A DNA stretch of 64,000 bases from Candidatus Omnitrophota bacterium. Lineage in GTDB: Bacteria > Omnitrophota > Gorgyraeia > Aquiviventales > Aquiviventaceae. Below the pieces are notes generated by a model that saw only the letters and a list, made by a program, of their open reading frames with translations, was not told where the DNA came from and ran no database searches. Position numbers and translations under genes: made by a program. Below, piece after piece: positions 54,716 through 63,641 of this stretch. The DNA lies in assembly GCA_016209275.1 (NCBI GenBank), contig JACQWM010000007.1:6865-70864 (forward strand), read 5' to 3'. Positions within the stretch are counted from its first letter, which is position 1; each line of letters starts with the position of its first letter.

Positions 54716-56110
54716 ATGCAAAAACTGTGGCGTAGGATTCTTGTGTCGGCGAATTTCGCGGTCGTGCTCATCCTCCTCGCCTTCCTCTTTATCCTGGTCA
54801 ACTCGCTCGCGAGCCGCCGGTACGCCCGGTGGGACCTCACCCGGGCCAAAATCACCCAGCTCTCCGATAAGACGCGGCAAACGCTCAAGGCGCTTGCGGC
54901 TCCGGTGCGGGTCACGGTCTTTTTCGAACCCAGCCACCCGCTGTATGAGCTCATCCGCGATCTCCTGAAGGCCTACGAGGCGGCGAGCCCAAATATCACC
55001 GCGGTCTTCGTGGATCAGGAGCAGGACGTGGCCAAAGCCACCCAATTGGTTGAGAAATTCCACATTGAAAAAGCCAACGTCGTCGTCTTCGAATACGGCT
55101 CGCGCCATAAGCACCTTGCGGACACGGACCTGGCTGACCTTCATCACGAGGCCAAAATCTTCAACGCGGAGGACGCCTTCACCTCAGCCATCATCTCGCT
55201 GGCCCACGAGAGCGCTCCGACGGCGTGGATCATCACCGGCCACGGCGAGAAATCCATTGAGGCGGCCGACCGCGGCGGGCTCTCCGACGCCAAACAGACG
55301 CTGGAGCAGCAGAACATCGCCGTGGAGGCCGTGACCCTGCTTGAGCGCACGGCGATTCCGGACGATGTGCGGTTGATCATCATCGCCGGCCCGACGCATC
55401 GGTTCGCGGACGCTGAACTCGCCCTCCTGCGCACGTATCTCGATGGCGGCGGCCGGCTGCTGGCCCTGCTTGATCCTCAGCACGAGACGGGGATGGCGGC
55501 ACTGCTGGCCTCGTGGGGGATCACCGAGGACGACACCATCGTCGTCGATCCCTCCTTGAAATTGCCGTTTGTGTCCGCGGCGAATCTCTTCGTCACCCAT
55601 TACACCGAGCACCCCATCGTGGATCGGATGCAAACGGTGATGACCATCTTTCCCCTGGCCCGCTCGATCCGCCCGGCCGCGGATCCTCCCAAGGAGCTGA
55701 CCGTCACCCCGCTGGCGTCCACCTCCGAAGCCGGATGGGGAGAAACCGACCTGACCAGCGACACCTTCGTCTTCAATGAGAACACAGACCTCAAAGGCCC
55801 GGTGTCGATTGCCGTCGCCAGCGAGCGCGCGGTCGGCCAGTCCCGCACGCGCCTCGTCGCCGTCGGCGACTCGGATTTCATCATGAATGCGCAGCTGGGC
55901 AACGTGGGCAACAAAGACTTCTTCATGGGCGCGATCTTCTGGCTCATGCAGCAGGAACAGTTCATCGGCATCGGGCCGAAGCCGCTGGAAGCCCTGAAAT
56001 TGCATCTGACCGAACCGCAATTGCTCGGCCTCTCATGGGCCAGCGTGCTGACCATGCCTCTCCTCTGCGGGCTGCTCGGCGTTGGGGTGTGGTTCCAAAG
56101 ACGTCAGTAA
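54716..56110 (+). CDS. GldG-like ABC-transporter auxiliary protein
   Basis: N- and C-terminal TM anchors with a large GldG-type extracytoplasmic domain. Conserved order after the gldA/gldF-like genes. Confidence 0.65.
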   Translation: MQKLWRRILVSANFAVVLILLAFLFILVNSLASRRYARWDLTRAKITQLSDKTRQTLKALAAPVRVTVFFEPSHPLYELIRDLLKAYEAASPNITAVFVDQEQDVAKATQLVEKFHIEKANVVVFEYGSRHKHLADTDLADLHHEAKIFNAEDAFTSAIISLAHESAPTAWIITGHGEKSIEAADRGGLSDAKQTLEQQNIAVEAVTLLERTAIPDDVRLIIIAGPTHRFADAELALLRTYLDGGGRLLALLDPQHETGMAALLASWGITEDDTIVVDPSLKLPFVSAANLFVTHYTEHPIVDRMQTVMTIFPLARSIRPAADPPKELTVTPLASTSEAGWGETDLTSDTFVFNENTDLKGPVSIAVASERAVGQSRTRLVAVGDSDFIMNAQLGNVGNKDFFMGAIFWLMQQEQFIGIGPKPLEALKLHLTEPQLLGLSWASVLTMPLLCGLLGVGVWFQRRQ

Positions 56111-56118
56111 CGAGTCAC

Positions 56119-56796
56119 ATGCGGTGGAAGACAACGCTTGCGCTCTTGGTGGCAACGGTCGTGGTGGGGGCGTATGTCGCTTACGATATCCGCCAGCCGT
56201 CCAAGGAATGGCAGGAAGAGCGTCCTCGGCAGATCCTGGATCTGCCCGCTGAAACCATCACGCAGCTGGCGATTGAAACACCCCAGGTCAAGATCGCCCT
56301 CATCAAAGACGGCGGCTCATGGGTCATCGCGCCGCAGCATCTGCGCGCCAACGCGAATCTCATCACGCGCATCGTCTATCTCTTCGGGCCGCTGATGGCC
56401 TCTCGCGTCCTGGCCCCAACGCCTGAGCATCCGCTGGATTTGGCCGCGATGGGATTGGCTCCTGCGGTCGGCCGGATCACCGTCTCGGCCAACGGCCTCG
56501 CGAGCACCCTGCAGTTCGGCAATCCGACTCCGCTCCCATCGAAACGGTACGCGAAGGTCGCCGGCCGCCCTGAGGTGTTTGTGATTCCCGCACGCCTCTT
56601 TGACCTGGTCAATCAGCCGCTGGAGCGCTACCGCGACTCGCCATCAGCCGCGCCGGCGAATGAGGCCCCGGGCGCGGAGGATGCGTTGCAGGACGGTCAG
56701 ATGCGTCAGCCCCGCCAAGAGTACCAGGGCCCACCAGAGCCCATCGTGACCGAACGGACGCCACGGCAAGAGCTCCCACGCCAACAGCCCAAGTAA
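56119..56796 (+). CDS. DUF4340-like protein (usual 4th gene of gldAFG-like clusters)
   Basis: ATG at 56119 (MRWKTTLALLVATVVVGAY) verified. Single N-terminal TM. The C-terminal ~50 aa are low-complexity and overlap the convergent gene. Confidence 0.5.
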   Translation: MRWKTTLALLVATVVVGAYVAYDIRQPSKEWQEERPRQILDLPAETITQLAIETPQVKIALIKDGGSWVIAPQHLRANANLITRIVYLFGPLMASRVLAPTPEHPLDLAAMGLAPAVGRITVSANGLASTLQFGNPTPLPSKRYAKVAGRPEVFVIPARLFDLVNQPLERYRDSPSAAPANEAPGAEDALQDGQMRQPRQEYQGPPEPIVTERTPRQELPRQQPK

Positions 56797-57255
56797 GAGC
56801 ACGATCCCCCGCTCGCTGCGCTCCATCAGATCCGGCCATTCCAGGTTGCTCATCGGCGCTTCCATCGCGGCTCGGGCTTTTGAATAGCTGACCAGCAGCG
56901 ATCCGGATACGCTGAGCATCGACCACAGCCAATAGCCGCTGGCGATGGCAATGGTGACGCTGATGATCACGTCCACGTAGCGATCCACCATGGCGTCGAG
57001 GTAGCCGCCGAAGCGGCTGGCCCGCCCGCTGAGGCGCGCCACCGCCCCATCCACCCAGTCGAGGCAGGCGACGGCCGTGATCATCACGCAAAACGGGAGA
57101 ATCGCCCGCGTGCGGAGAAACCACCAGCACACGATCAGGCTCAGCAGTGGTGTCGCAAGGGTGAGGGCATTGGGCGAAATGCCGGTGGCAGCGAGCGCGC
57201 GCGCCAGCGGCTCAATGGCGCGATTGAAGAACGATTTATACCGGCTCGTCAACAC
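56644..57255 (-). CDS. CDP-alcohol phosphatidyltransferase family protein
   Basis: DG..AR..G..S..G...D...D motif (DWVDGAVARLSGRASRFGGYLDAMVDR) and multiple TM helices. Confidence 0.75.
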   Translation of the reverse strand: MLTSRYKSFFNRAIEPLARALAATGISPNALTLATPLLSLIVCWWFLRTRAILPFCVMITAVACLDWVDGAVARLSGRASRFGGYLDAMVDRYVDVIISVTIAIASGYWLWSMLSVSGSLLVSYSKARAAMEAPMSNLEWPDLMERSERGIVLLLGLLAWELLPWRPFGHDGLWWALVLLAGLTHLTVLQRILRARGLIRRRG

Positions 57256-57258
57256 GGG

Positions 57259-57801
57259 TCAGGCAGCGGGTGGGGGTGCGGGCTCGATACCGACGATCTT
57301 GATCTTAAAATTCAACGTCTTGCCTGACAGCGGATGATTCCCATCCAAGATGACGGTGGTTTTCTTGATCTGTTTGACGGTGGCTCGGATGCTGCGGCCC
57401 TGCTCATCAGCATAGCGGAAGACGAGCCCGGGTTTCGGTTGGAGTCCAACCGGAAGATCGCGCTTCTCCACTTCCATCACCAGCGACGGATTATATTGGC
57501 CGTAGCCCTGCTCCGGCGAAATGGTCACCTCTTTCTCATCGCCGGCATGCAAACCGGCCAGCGCTCGCTCAAGCGCTGCGATGATCTGGCCGCGGCCGTG
57601 GACGTATTGCAGCGGCCCTTGGCCGCTCGTGGACTCCACGGTTTTCCCATCCGCCGTCAGCGTGTAGTCCAGGGTCACACTCATCCCGTCTTCAACGCTG
57701 AAGGAAGACGGCGCGTCTTGCTCCGCGGCCATTGCGCCGGCGGCCAGCAGCCCGGCCAGCCCGATGGCGGTAACACTCGCGAAACCTCGGCGGGGCATCA
57801 T
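57259..57801 (-). CDS. secreted FKBP-type peptidyl-prolyl cis-trans isomerase
   Basis: Signal peptide and FKBP domain (VTLDYTLTADGKTVESTSGQGPLQYVHGRGQIIAALE..., …GKTLNFKIKIVGI). Confidence 0.8.
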   Translation of the reverse strand: MMPRRGFASVTAIGLAGLLAAGAMAAEQDAPSSFSVEDGMSVTLDYTLTADGKTVESTSGQGPLQYVHGRGQIIAALERALAGLHAGDEKEVTISPEQGYGQYNPSLVMEVEKRDLPVGLQPKPGLVFRYADEQGRSIRATVKQIKKTTVILDGNHPLSGKTLNFKIKIVGIEPAPPPAA

Positions 57802-57804
57802 GGG

Positions 57805-58227
57805 TTAGGAGCTCGCCGCAAAGTCCGAATCGTCCAGCAATTCCAAGTCGTCGATCCACTCCTCGCCCGAAGCGCTGTCGGATGACTCATCAATCTGCTC
57901 ATCGAGCTCATTCAGTAATTGCATGGTTTGCTCAAGCCACGTCGCGTCATCATCTTGGCGCTCGGCCAGCACCATGGGTGTGGCCGCCGGCCCAGCCGCA
58001 TGATGCCGGAGCGCGCCGAAGGCGAGGACGAGGCTTGCCGCCGCGGCCGCGAACGCCACCGCCACCCTCGGCCAGGGCCAGGCCGCCCGCGCCGGGACCG
58101 GCACGGGATGGGCAAGGCGTCGAACGCGCGCCATCACCTCATCGGTGTAGCGGATCCGCTCATATCCGTCGGGCTCCTTCAGCGGATGGCGCTTGAGCCA
58201 CGCCGCCAGCCACGAAGCGAACTCCAT
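57805..58227 (-). CDS. putative membrane-anchored anti-sigma factor
   Basis: Immediately downstream of, and abutting, the ECF sigma gene. Short cytoplasmic N-terminus, one TM (VAVAFAAAAASLVLAFGAL) and an acidic C-terminus. No detectable family motif, so the call rests on position. Confidence 0.4.
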   Translation of the reverse strand: MEFASWLAAWLKRHPLKEPDGYERIRYTDEVMARVRRLAHPVPVPARAAWPWPRVAVAFAAAAASLVLAFGALRHHAAGPAATPMVLAERQDDDATWLEQTMQLLNELDEQIDESSDSASGEEWIDDLELLDDSDFAASS

Positions 58228-58821
58228 TTACAGTCCCTCCTCATTCAGCCACGGGGTCAGCTGCTTGCGCAGCGACGCGGCAGCCCGAAAGATGTGCGCC
58301 TTGACCGTTCCGACGCGACAATCCATCACGCCGGCAACCTCCATCAGTGGTAACCCCTGCAGATGATGCAGCGCAAACGCGGTTTTCTGTTTCATGGGCA
58401 GCCTCCCAATCGCCTGGGCGAGCCGGCGCCCCAATTCGCGATTCGCGGCGCGGTCGCTGGGATCGGCTGCAGGATCCCCCACGTCGATGAACCACGAGCT
58501 GTCAGGATCATCAGGATCAGCTTCACCCACGACGGCGGCCGCCGCCGGAGCGCGCATGCGCCGGCGAACCTCATCCTTGCACTCGTTAACCACGATGCGG
58601 TAGAGCCATGTGGAGAACTTGGCGTTCCCGCGGAATCGGCGAAGCGAACGGTAGGCGTTGACAAAGGCTTCTTGCGAGGCGTCTTTCGCATCCTCATGAT
58701 GGCCGAGCAGGCTAAGTGCCAAGCGAAACGCGGGGCCCTGGTAGCGATCCACCAGCTCGGCATACCGATCCACCTCTCCGCGCAGGACAGCGGTGATAAT
58801 CTCCGCATCGGATTGGCCCAT
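58228..58821 (-). CDS. ECF-type RNA polymerase sigma-70 family factor
   Basis: Region 2 (…YRLALSLLGHHEDAKDASQEAFVNAYRSLRRF…) and region 4 HTH (…LPMKQKTAFALHHLQGLPLMEVAGVMDCRVGTVKAHIFRA…). Confidence 0.85.
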   Translation of the reverse strand: MGQSDAEIITAVLRGEVDRYAELVDRYQGPAFRLALSLLGHHEDAKDASQEAFVNAYRSLRRFRGNAKFSTWLYRIVVNECKDEVRRRMRAPAAAAVVGEADPDDPDSSWFIDVGDPAADPSDRAANRELGRRLAQAIGRLPMKQKTAFALHHLQGLPLMEVAGVMDCRVGTVKAHIFRAAASLRKQLTPWLNEEGL

Positions 58822-58848
58822 CGCTCGCAGTAGTATAACATAGTTTTT

Positions 58849-60111
58849 TCACCGACGCCGTCCGCCGCCACCGCCGCCACCTTTAGCCCCGCCACCGGCA
58901 CCGCCACGGGGCCCACTACCGCCGGCCTTCGAGCCGCCACCCATGGCTCCCCCGCGAGACCCACCGCCTGCTGGACCGCCACCCATGCGCTGTCCAGGCC
59001 CGCCGCCTGGTCCGCCCTGCGGGCGATTCGCCCCGCCATGCTCTCCAGGACCAAATCGGCGATGCTCGCCGCCCTGGCCGACACCACCGCGTCCCTCTCC
59101 TTGGCCATGATCGCGCACACCCCGATCATGTCCCGGGCCTGGCCCGCCCTGTTCACGCTTGCGCTCTCGGTGATCTTCACGCCGGTCACGGACATCCTCC
59201 CGATGGTCGCGGACATCCTCCCGTCGGTCATGCCGATCTTCGCGGCGATCCTTCACGTCTTCTCGATGATCGCGCACGTCCTCCCGGCGGTCGCGAATAT
59301 CCTCACGCCGATCCTTGATATCCTCGAGCCGATCCCGCGGTCCGCCGTCATGCCTGGCATCCCACCGATCTTCGCGGCGATCGCGGATGTCCTCTCGATG
59401 ATCCTTGACGTCTTCTCGGCGATCCCGCACATCCTCGCGGCGATCGCGGATATCTTCGCGCCAATCCTGGCGATCCTCTCGCCGATCCTGGCGATCCTCT
59501 CGGCGGTCTTGACGGGCTTCCATGCGATCGGCGAAGTGCTCCTGGATGCGCGGATGATTCTGCATAAACTGCTCGAATCGCCCCGGGTTATGCTCCTTCA
59601 TGTATTGCAGCCGGTGCTGCATCACTTCGCGGAATTTCTCAGGGTTGGCCTCCTTCAGATGCTGGAGGCGCTCGCGGCGCTGCGCTTGGAGCTTGTCCTT
59701 GACGCGCTCAAACGCCTCAGGATTCTTCTGCTTTAACTGCTCCAGACGTTCCTTCAGTTGTCCGCGATGCTGCTGGATAGCTTCTTTGTAGGCTTCAGGA
59801 TTCTTTTCCTTGAGTTCGCGCAAGTGTTGGAGCTTGGCAGGATCAGGACCCGGACGATCTTTGATATCTTCGCGCCGATCCCGCACGTCTTCTCGGTGGT
59901 CACGGACATCTTCCCGGCGATCGCGGATATCCTCGCGCCGATCCTTCACATCTTCTCGCCGGTCCTTCACATCTTCTCGGCGATCCTGGCGGTTCTCCCG
60001 ACGATCGGCGCGGTTTTCAACGCGATCTTTGCTAGGCGGTTCGGCGAATGCCTGCGCGGAGCAACCCAAGAGTCCTGCCACGACAATGCCCAGCAGCCGT
60101 CTCTTCATCAT
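58849..60111 (-). CDS. secreted (probable lipo)protein of tandem DRRED(V/I)(K/R) heptad repeats, helical NPE-motif repeats and a Gly-rich tail
   Basis: Signal peptide MMKRRLLGIVVAGLLGCSAQAFA. About 6 + 19 heptads of D-R-R-E-D-(V/I/R)-(K/R/Q) with His substitutions (DHREDV). A central triplicated KNPEAF.E...L.E motif. A 100-aa Gly/Pro/Arg-rich C-terminus. Encoded by 21-bp tandem DNA repeats. Confidence 0.65.
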   Translation of the reverse strand: MMKRRLLGIVVAGLLGCSAQAFAEPPSKDRVENRADRRENRQDRREDVKDRREDVKDRREDIRDRREDVRDHREDVRDRREDIKDRPGPDPAKLQHLRELKEKNPEAYKEAIQQHRGQLKERLEQLKQKNPEAFERVKDKLQAQRRERLQHLKEANPEKFREVMQHRLQYMKEHNPGRFEQFMQNHPRIQEHFADRMEARQDRREDRQDRREDRQDWREDIRDRREDVRDRREDVKDHREDIRDRREDRWDARHDGGPRDRLEDIKDRREDIRDRREDVRDHREDVKDRREDRHDRREDVRDHREDVRDRREDHRERKREQGGPGPGHDRGVRDHGQGEGRGGVGQGGEHRRFGPGEHGGANRPQGGPGGGPGQRMGGGPAGGGSRGGAMGGGSKAGGSGPRGGAGGGAKGGGGGGGRRR

Positions 60112-60163
60112 GGTGCCCTCCTTGTTCTATTGAGTAAGACGCCGGACGGGCGAAAAGGTTTAC

Positions 60164-60200
60164 CCCGCCCCACGGTTATTATTGTGGGCGGGGTTTACTG
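60164..60200 (-). terminator. GC-rich hairpin (CCCCGCCCC-loop-GGGCGGGG) followed on the minus strand by TTTTC; candidate intrinsic terminator downstream of the sir2/ccsA unit
   Basis: The sequence ccccgccccacggttattattgtgggcgggg forms a ~10-bp G/C stem. On the minus strand it is followed by cctTTTCg. Confidence 0.35.
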
Positions 60201-60208
60201 AGGAAGGA

Positions 60209-61957
60209 TTACTCCGCGCACTCCCCTTTGCCGGCGGCGGGGGCAAAGGGTTCGGTCTCACCCAGATCGACGAACAGCTCAGGCGTCTGCGCAGCACCAT
60301 TGAGCTCGGCGAGATCCTGCAGAAGGAATTTCAGGGGGTCAAGGCCGATCCTGGCGATGAACGAGGCGAATGGTTCATCAGGCTGCTTCTGCTCGCCATA
60401 GAACATGACGATCCGTTTGACGGCCTCCGGCACTCGTTGAGCCGGAACCCGCAGCAGCCGACGGCCAAATTGCGTCGATTCCTCTGCGGTGCCGCCGCCG
60501 ACGAGCAGCTGGTAGCACGGGACATGCCGCTCGCCCACCTTGACCGCGACCCCAAAGCCTCCGATGTCCGCGATATGATGCTGGCCGCAGGCGTTGGGGC
60601 AGCCGGAGATCTTGATCGAGATCGGCGCATCCGCCCAGGCTGAGAGCCCGTTGCGGCACAGCGCGTCCACCGCTTCGGCGAATCCGCGCGGATGGGTGAT
60701 AGCGGATAAGCAGCTATCCGCCCCTGGGCAGCGGGTGACATCCGCCAGCCGGTCTGCCCCGGCTTCGGCAAGACCCAAGCGCTCCAACTCTTCATACACG
60801 GCCGGCAACGCGGCATACGGCACGAACCGCAGCAGCACGTTCTGGGTGTTCATGAGCCTCGCCCCGCCGGCATACCTGCGCGCCACGTCCGCCAGCCCGC
60901 GAAGCTGTGCTGAGGAGAGATCGCCGCACGGCGCGCGCACGATGACGCTCACCAAACGCGGCTGTTTCTGGGGAACAATGTTCGTGGTGCTCCATCGAGC
61001 AAAGCCTTCCGGAGCCGGATGCGTGCTTGAGAGGCATGCTCGCACTGGCGGCGAGGCGTCGTCGCGAAGATGCAGCGCGCTGAGCGCGTAGCCGGACTGG
61101 GTAGCCCACACGGCGGGACGCTCCGCCATGACGCGCTGCCGGAACTCTTCCCATCCGAGTTGCTCGATGAGGAATTTGAGGCGGGCGCGGGCGCGGTTGC
61201 GCCGCTCCCCGTGCCGCTCAAAGACGCGCAGGACCGCCTCGATCGTCGGCAGCAGCAACTCGGCCTCGGTCCATGGCTCCAGCAGCTTCGCCGCTGCGGG
61301 TGCCGGGCCGAGCCCCCCGCCGGCGTAGATGCGAAACCCTCGGCGGCCGTCCTGCACCGCCGCCACAATGCCCAGATCGTGGATTTGTGTGCGGGCATGA
61401 TCCGTCGGGCAGCCTTCAAACGCGATTTTCACCTTGCGCGGCAGGATCTGCGTGAGCGGATTGCGCAGCAGATAGTCGCTGATCGCCTGGGCATACGGAG
61501 TCACGTCAAACGGCTCCTCGCGCGAGACCCCGGCCCACGGGCAGAGCGTGATATTTCGCACGACGTTGCCGCTGGCCTCGCGCGTCGTCAACCCCGCGGC
61601 GGATAGCCCGCGCAGGAAGGCCGGCACGGCGCCGCGTTCAACCCCGTAGAGCTGCGCATCCTGGCGCGTAGTCACATGGACCTGGCGGGCCGGGGTGAAC
61701 TGCTCGCACGCGGTGGCAAGGGCCTCAAGCTGCTCCGGGGTGATGATACCCAGCGGCACGCGCACCCGAATCATGTAGCTGTCGGGCGCGCGCCGCATGC
61801 TGTAGACGCCGTATTGCAGGCGCAGCTTCTTGAACAGCTCAGGATCCAGCGCGCCCTGGGCCAGGCGGGCTAGCTGCGACTCAAGATGCTGGATTTCAGC
61901 GTCGACGACCGTGGTTTCGCGCATGGGGGTAACCCAAAAGTATAGCCGGAACGCCAC
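60209..61957 (-). CDS. second ferredoxin-type sulfite/nitrite reductase paralog (NirA/Sir family)
   Basis: Duplicated NiR/SiR ferredoxin-like domains and a siroheme-[4Fe-4S] cysteine cluster (…TRCPGADSCLSA…, SGCPNACGQHHIADIG). The likely start is MRETTVV, 11 codons in. Confidence 0.75.
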   Translation of the reverse strand: MAFRLYFWVTPMRETTVVDAEIQHLESQLARLAQGALDPELFKKLRLQYGVYSMRRAPDSYMIRVRVPLGIITPEQLEALATACEQFTPARQVHVTTRQDAQLYGVERGAVPAFLRGLSAAGLTTREASGNVVRNITLCPWAGVSREEPFDVTPYAQAISDYLLRNPLTQILPRKVKIAFEGCPTDHARTQIHDLGIVAAVQDGRRGFRIYAGGGLGPAPAAAKLLEPWTEAELLLPTIEAVLRVFERHGERRNRARARLKFLIEQLGWEEFRQRVMAERPAVWATQSGYALSALHLRDDASPPVRACLSSTHPAPEGFARWSTTNIVPQKQPRLVSVIVRAPCGDLSSAQLRGLADVARRYAGGARLMNTQNVLLRFVPYAALPAVYEELERLGLAEAGADRLADVTRCPGADSCLSAITHPRGFAEAVDALCRNGLSAWADAPISIKISGCPNACGQHHIADIGGFGVAVKVGERHVPCYQLLVGGGTAEESTQFGRRLLRVPAQRVPEAVKRIVMFYGEQKQPDEPFASFIARIGLDPLKFLLQDLAELNGAAQTPELFVDLGETEPFAPAAGKGECAE

Positions 61958-61975
61958 AGGCTTCTATGATGAAGA

Positions 61976-63631
61976 TCAGGAAGTGCGGCGGCGCGTGGCC
62001 GCAGCGCCTACCAGTGCCAGAAAGGCGACTTCAGCGGCCATATAGATGATCAACAGCAGCGGCAGGGGTTTGGCATGACCGCCGGCGTAGCTGTGCAGGC
62101 CGACGAGGTAGAAGCTCACACCGTAATACGTCATCAGGAGGAGAAAAAATCCCGTGATGGTGGCCAGGGCCACCCAAATGCCGTGCAGCCAGCCGGCCAT
62201 GCGGCCATGCAGCACCGCGACATACCACAACAGCGTAATCAGCGCCCAGGTTTCCTTGGGATCCCAGCCCCAGTACCGGCCCCAGGAGGCGTTCGCCCAG
62301 ACCGCGCCCAGCATGATGCCGGCCGCCAGCGTCACCACGCCGACTTGCAGCGACCGATACAAAAACAGATCCAGCTTGGCAAAGATCTCGCTGCGCGCGC
62401 GTTTTCGGCTGAGCGACAACCACGCATAGATGTGAGCTAGGCCTACGGCCAGGGCAAGGGCGCCGTAGCTGCCGACAATCGTCAAGACATGAATCGTGAG
62501 CCACAAGTTGCTGTGCAGCACCGCCACCACCGGCGAGATGCTGGAGTCCAGCGGCACGAAGTCGGCGAGCATCAGTGTCGCCGCCGCCAGGATCGATGCG
62601 GCCAACGCAAACAGATTCGCCCGGTAGATGCGTTCAAAGATGAAGGCGGTCACCACGAGGACGAAGGGCAGCCACAGCATCGTCTCATAGAAGTTGGAGA
62701 CCGGCGGCCGCCCGCCCAGGATCACGCGCATCGCAATGCCAGCGCCATGCAGCAGCATGGCCGCCGCATACATGATCAAGCCGATCCGCGCCGAGCGCTT
62801 CCGACGCTCCGAGGCGATGACGCGCGCAAGCAGCACGAACGCCATCAGGTACAACAGCTGGGCGAGATGAAACGGCTGGGCGTGATTGTAGAATACCTCA
62901 AGCGTCAGCCGCCACGCCGCCGGGTAGGCCGCAGGATTGGCTTGCTGCAGCGCCGCGGCCGCCTGCTGGGCTGCGGTGATGATCGTCTCCTGCCGCCCGG
63001 CGCGGATCGCCCCCAACACAGTGGTCCATGATGCGCGAATGGCCTCCGCCTGCGGCTCGGGATAGCCTTCGAGCTGCTGGGGGGCGCGCCACTCCACATC
63101 AAGCGATGCCGCCGGCGGAGGTGCAAGATGCAGCTTCTGCTCGAACACGCCGCTGACGGCGACGAACCGCCCGAAGACGTCCATCGTCTCTTCCTCTTGG
63201 ATCGTCAATTTCTCGCTGCGCTGCTGCTTCTGCGAGATGGCCGGCAGCATCCGCATCAGTTTGCGCGACGCCACCAGATCGTTATACGAGATCGCCTTGG
63301 CGTGGCGGTCCATCCCCAGCGGCTCCCGCAGAGGACCGAACGGAACCGACACCAGCGCCTTGGCCTGCCATGGCTCGGAATCGGCCATCATCAACAGGAT
63401 GGTCTCGACCGGATCCTGCTGTTGGAAGCGCGGATTGCCTGTGATCTGCTGCAGGGTTTCGCGCGCGAAGCTATCCAGCGGCTTGACCCGACCGTTATGC
63501 TGAACCGCGATGCGCCGCAGCGCGTTCAGGGCCGTCTTCGGCACGCCGGATGTCTGCGCCCAGCCCTGCCCGAACGCGGCCAGGCCGGCGAATCCCGCGG
63601 CGCAGAGCATGATCTTGACAACTCGTCTCAT
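61976..63631 (-). CDS. ccsA: cytochrome c biogenesis protein CcsA (system II) with a large N-terminal periplasmic extension
   Basis: WWD-domain signature WGRYWGWDPKETWAL and C-terminal heme-handling TM helices. N-terminal signal peptide and ~250-aa soluble region. Confidence 0.8.
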   Translation of the reverse strand: MRRVVKIMLCAAGFAGLAAFGQGWAQTSGVPKTALNALRRIAVQHNGRVKPLDSFARETLQQITGNPRFQQQDPVETILLMMADSEPWQAKALVSVPFGPLREPLGMDRHAKAISYNDLVASRKLMRMLPAISQKQQRSEKLTIQEEETMDVFGRFVAVSGVFEQKLHLAPPPAASLDVEWRAPQQLEGYPEPQAEAIRASWTTVLGAIRAGRQETIITAAQQAAAALQQANPAAYPAAWRLTLEVFYNHAQPFHLAQLLYLMAFVLLARVIASERRKRSARIGLIMYAAAMLLHGAGIAMRVILGGRPPVSNFYETMLWLPFVLVVTAFIFERIYRANLFALAASILAAATLMLADFVPLDSSISPVVAVLHSNLWLTIHVLTIVGSYGALALAVGLAHIYAWLSLSRKRARSEIFAKLDLFLYRSLQVGVVTLAAGIMLGAVWANASWGRYWGWDPKETWALITLLWYVAVLHGRMAGWLHGIWVALATITGFFLLLMTYYGVSFYLVGLHSYAGGHAKPLPLLLIIYMAAEVAFLALVGAAATRRRTS

Positions 63632-63641
63632 GGAAAACTCC

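Noticed and set aside
59130-60010. 21-bp tandem DNA repeats, considered as a possible CRISPR array or minisatellite
   Set aside because: The repeats are contiguous with no unique spacers, and they are in frame inside a long ORF with a signal peptide. They encode the DRREDVK heptads, so this is a coding repeat, not CRISPR.
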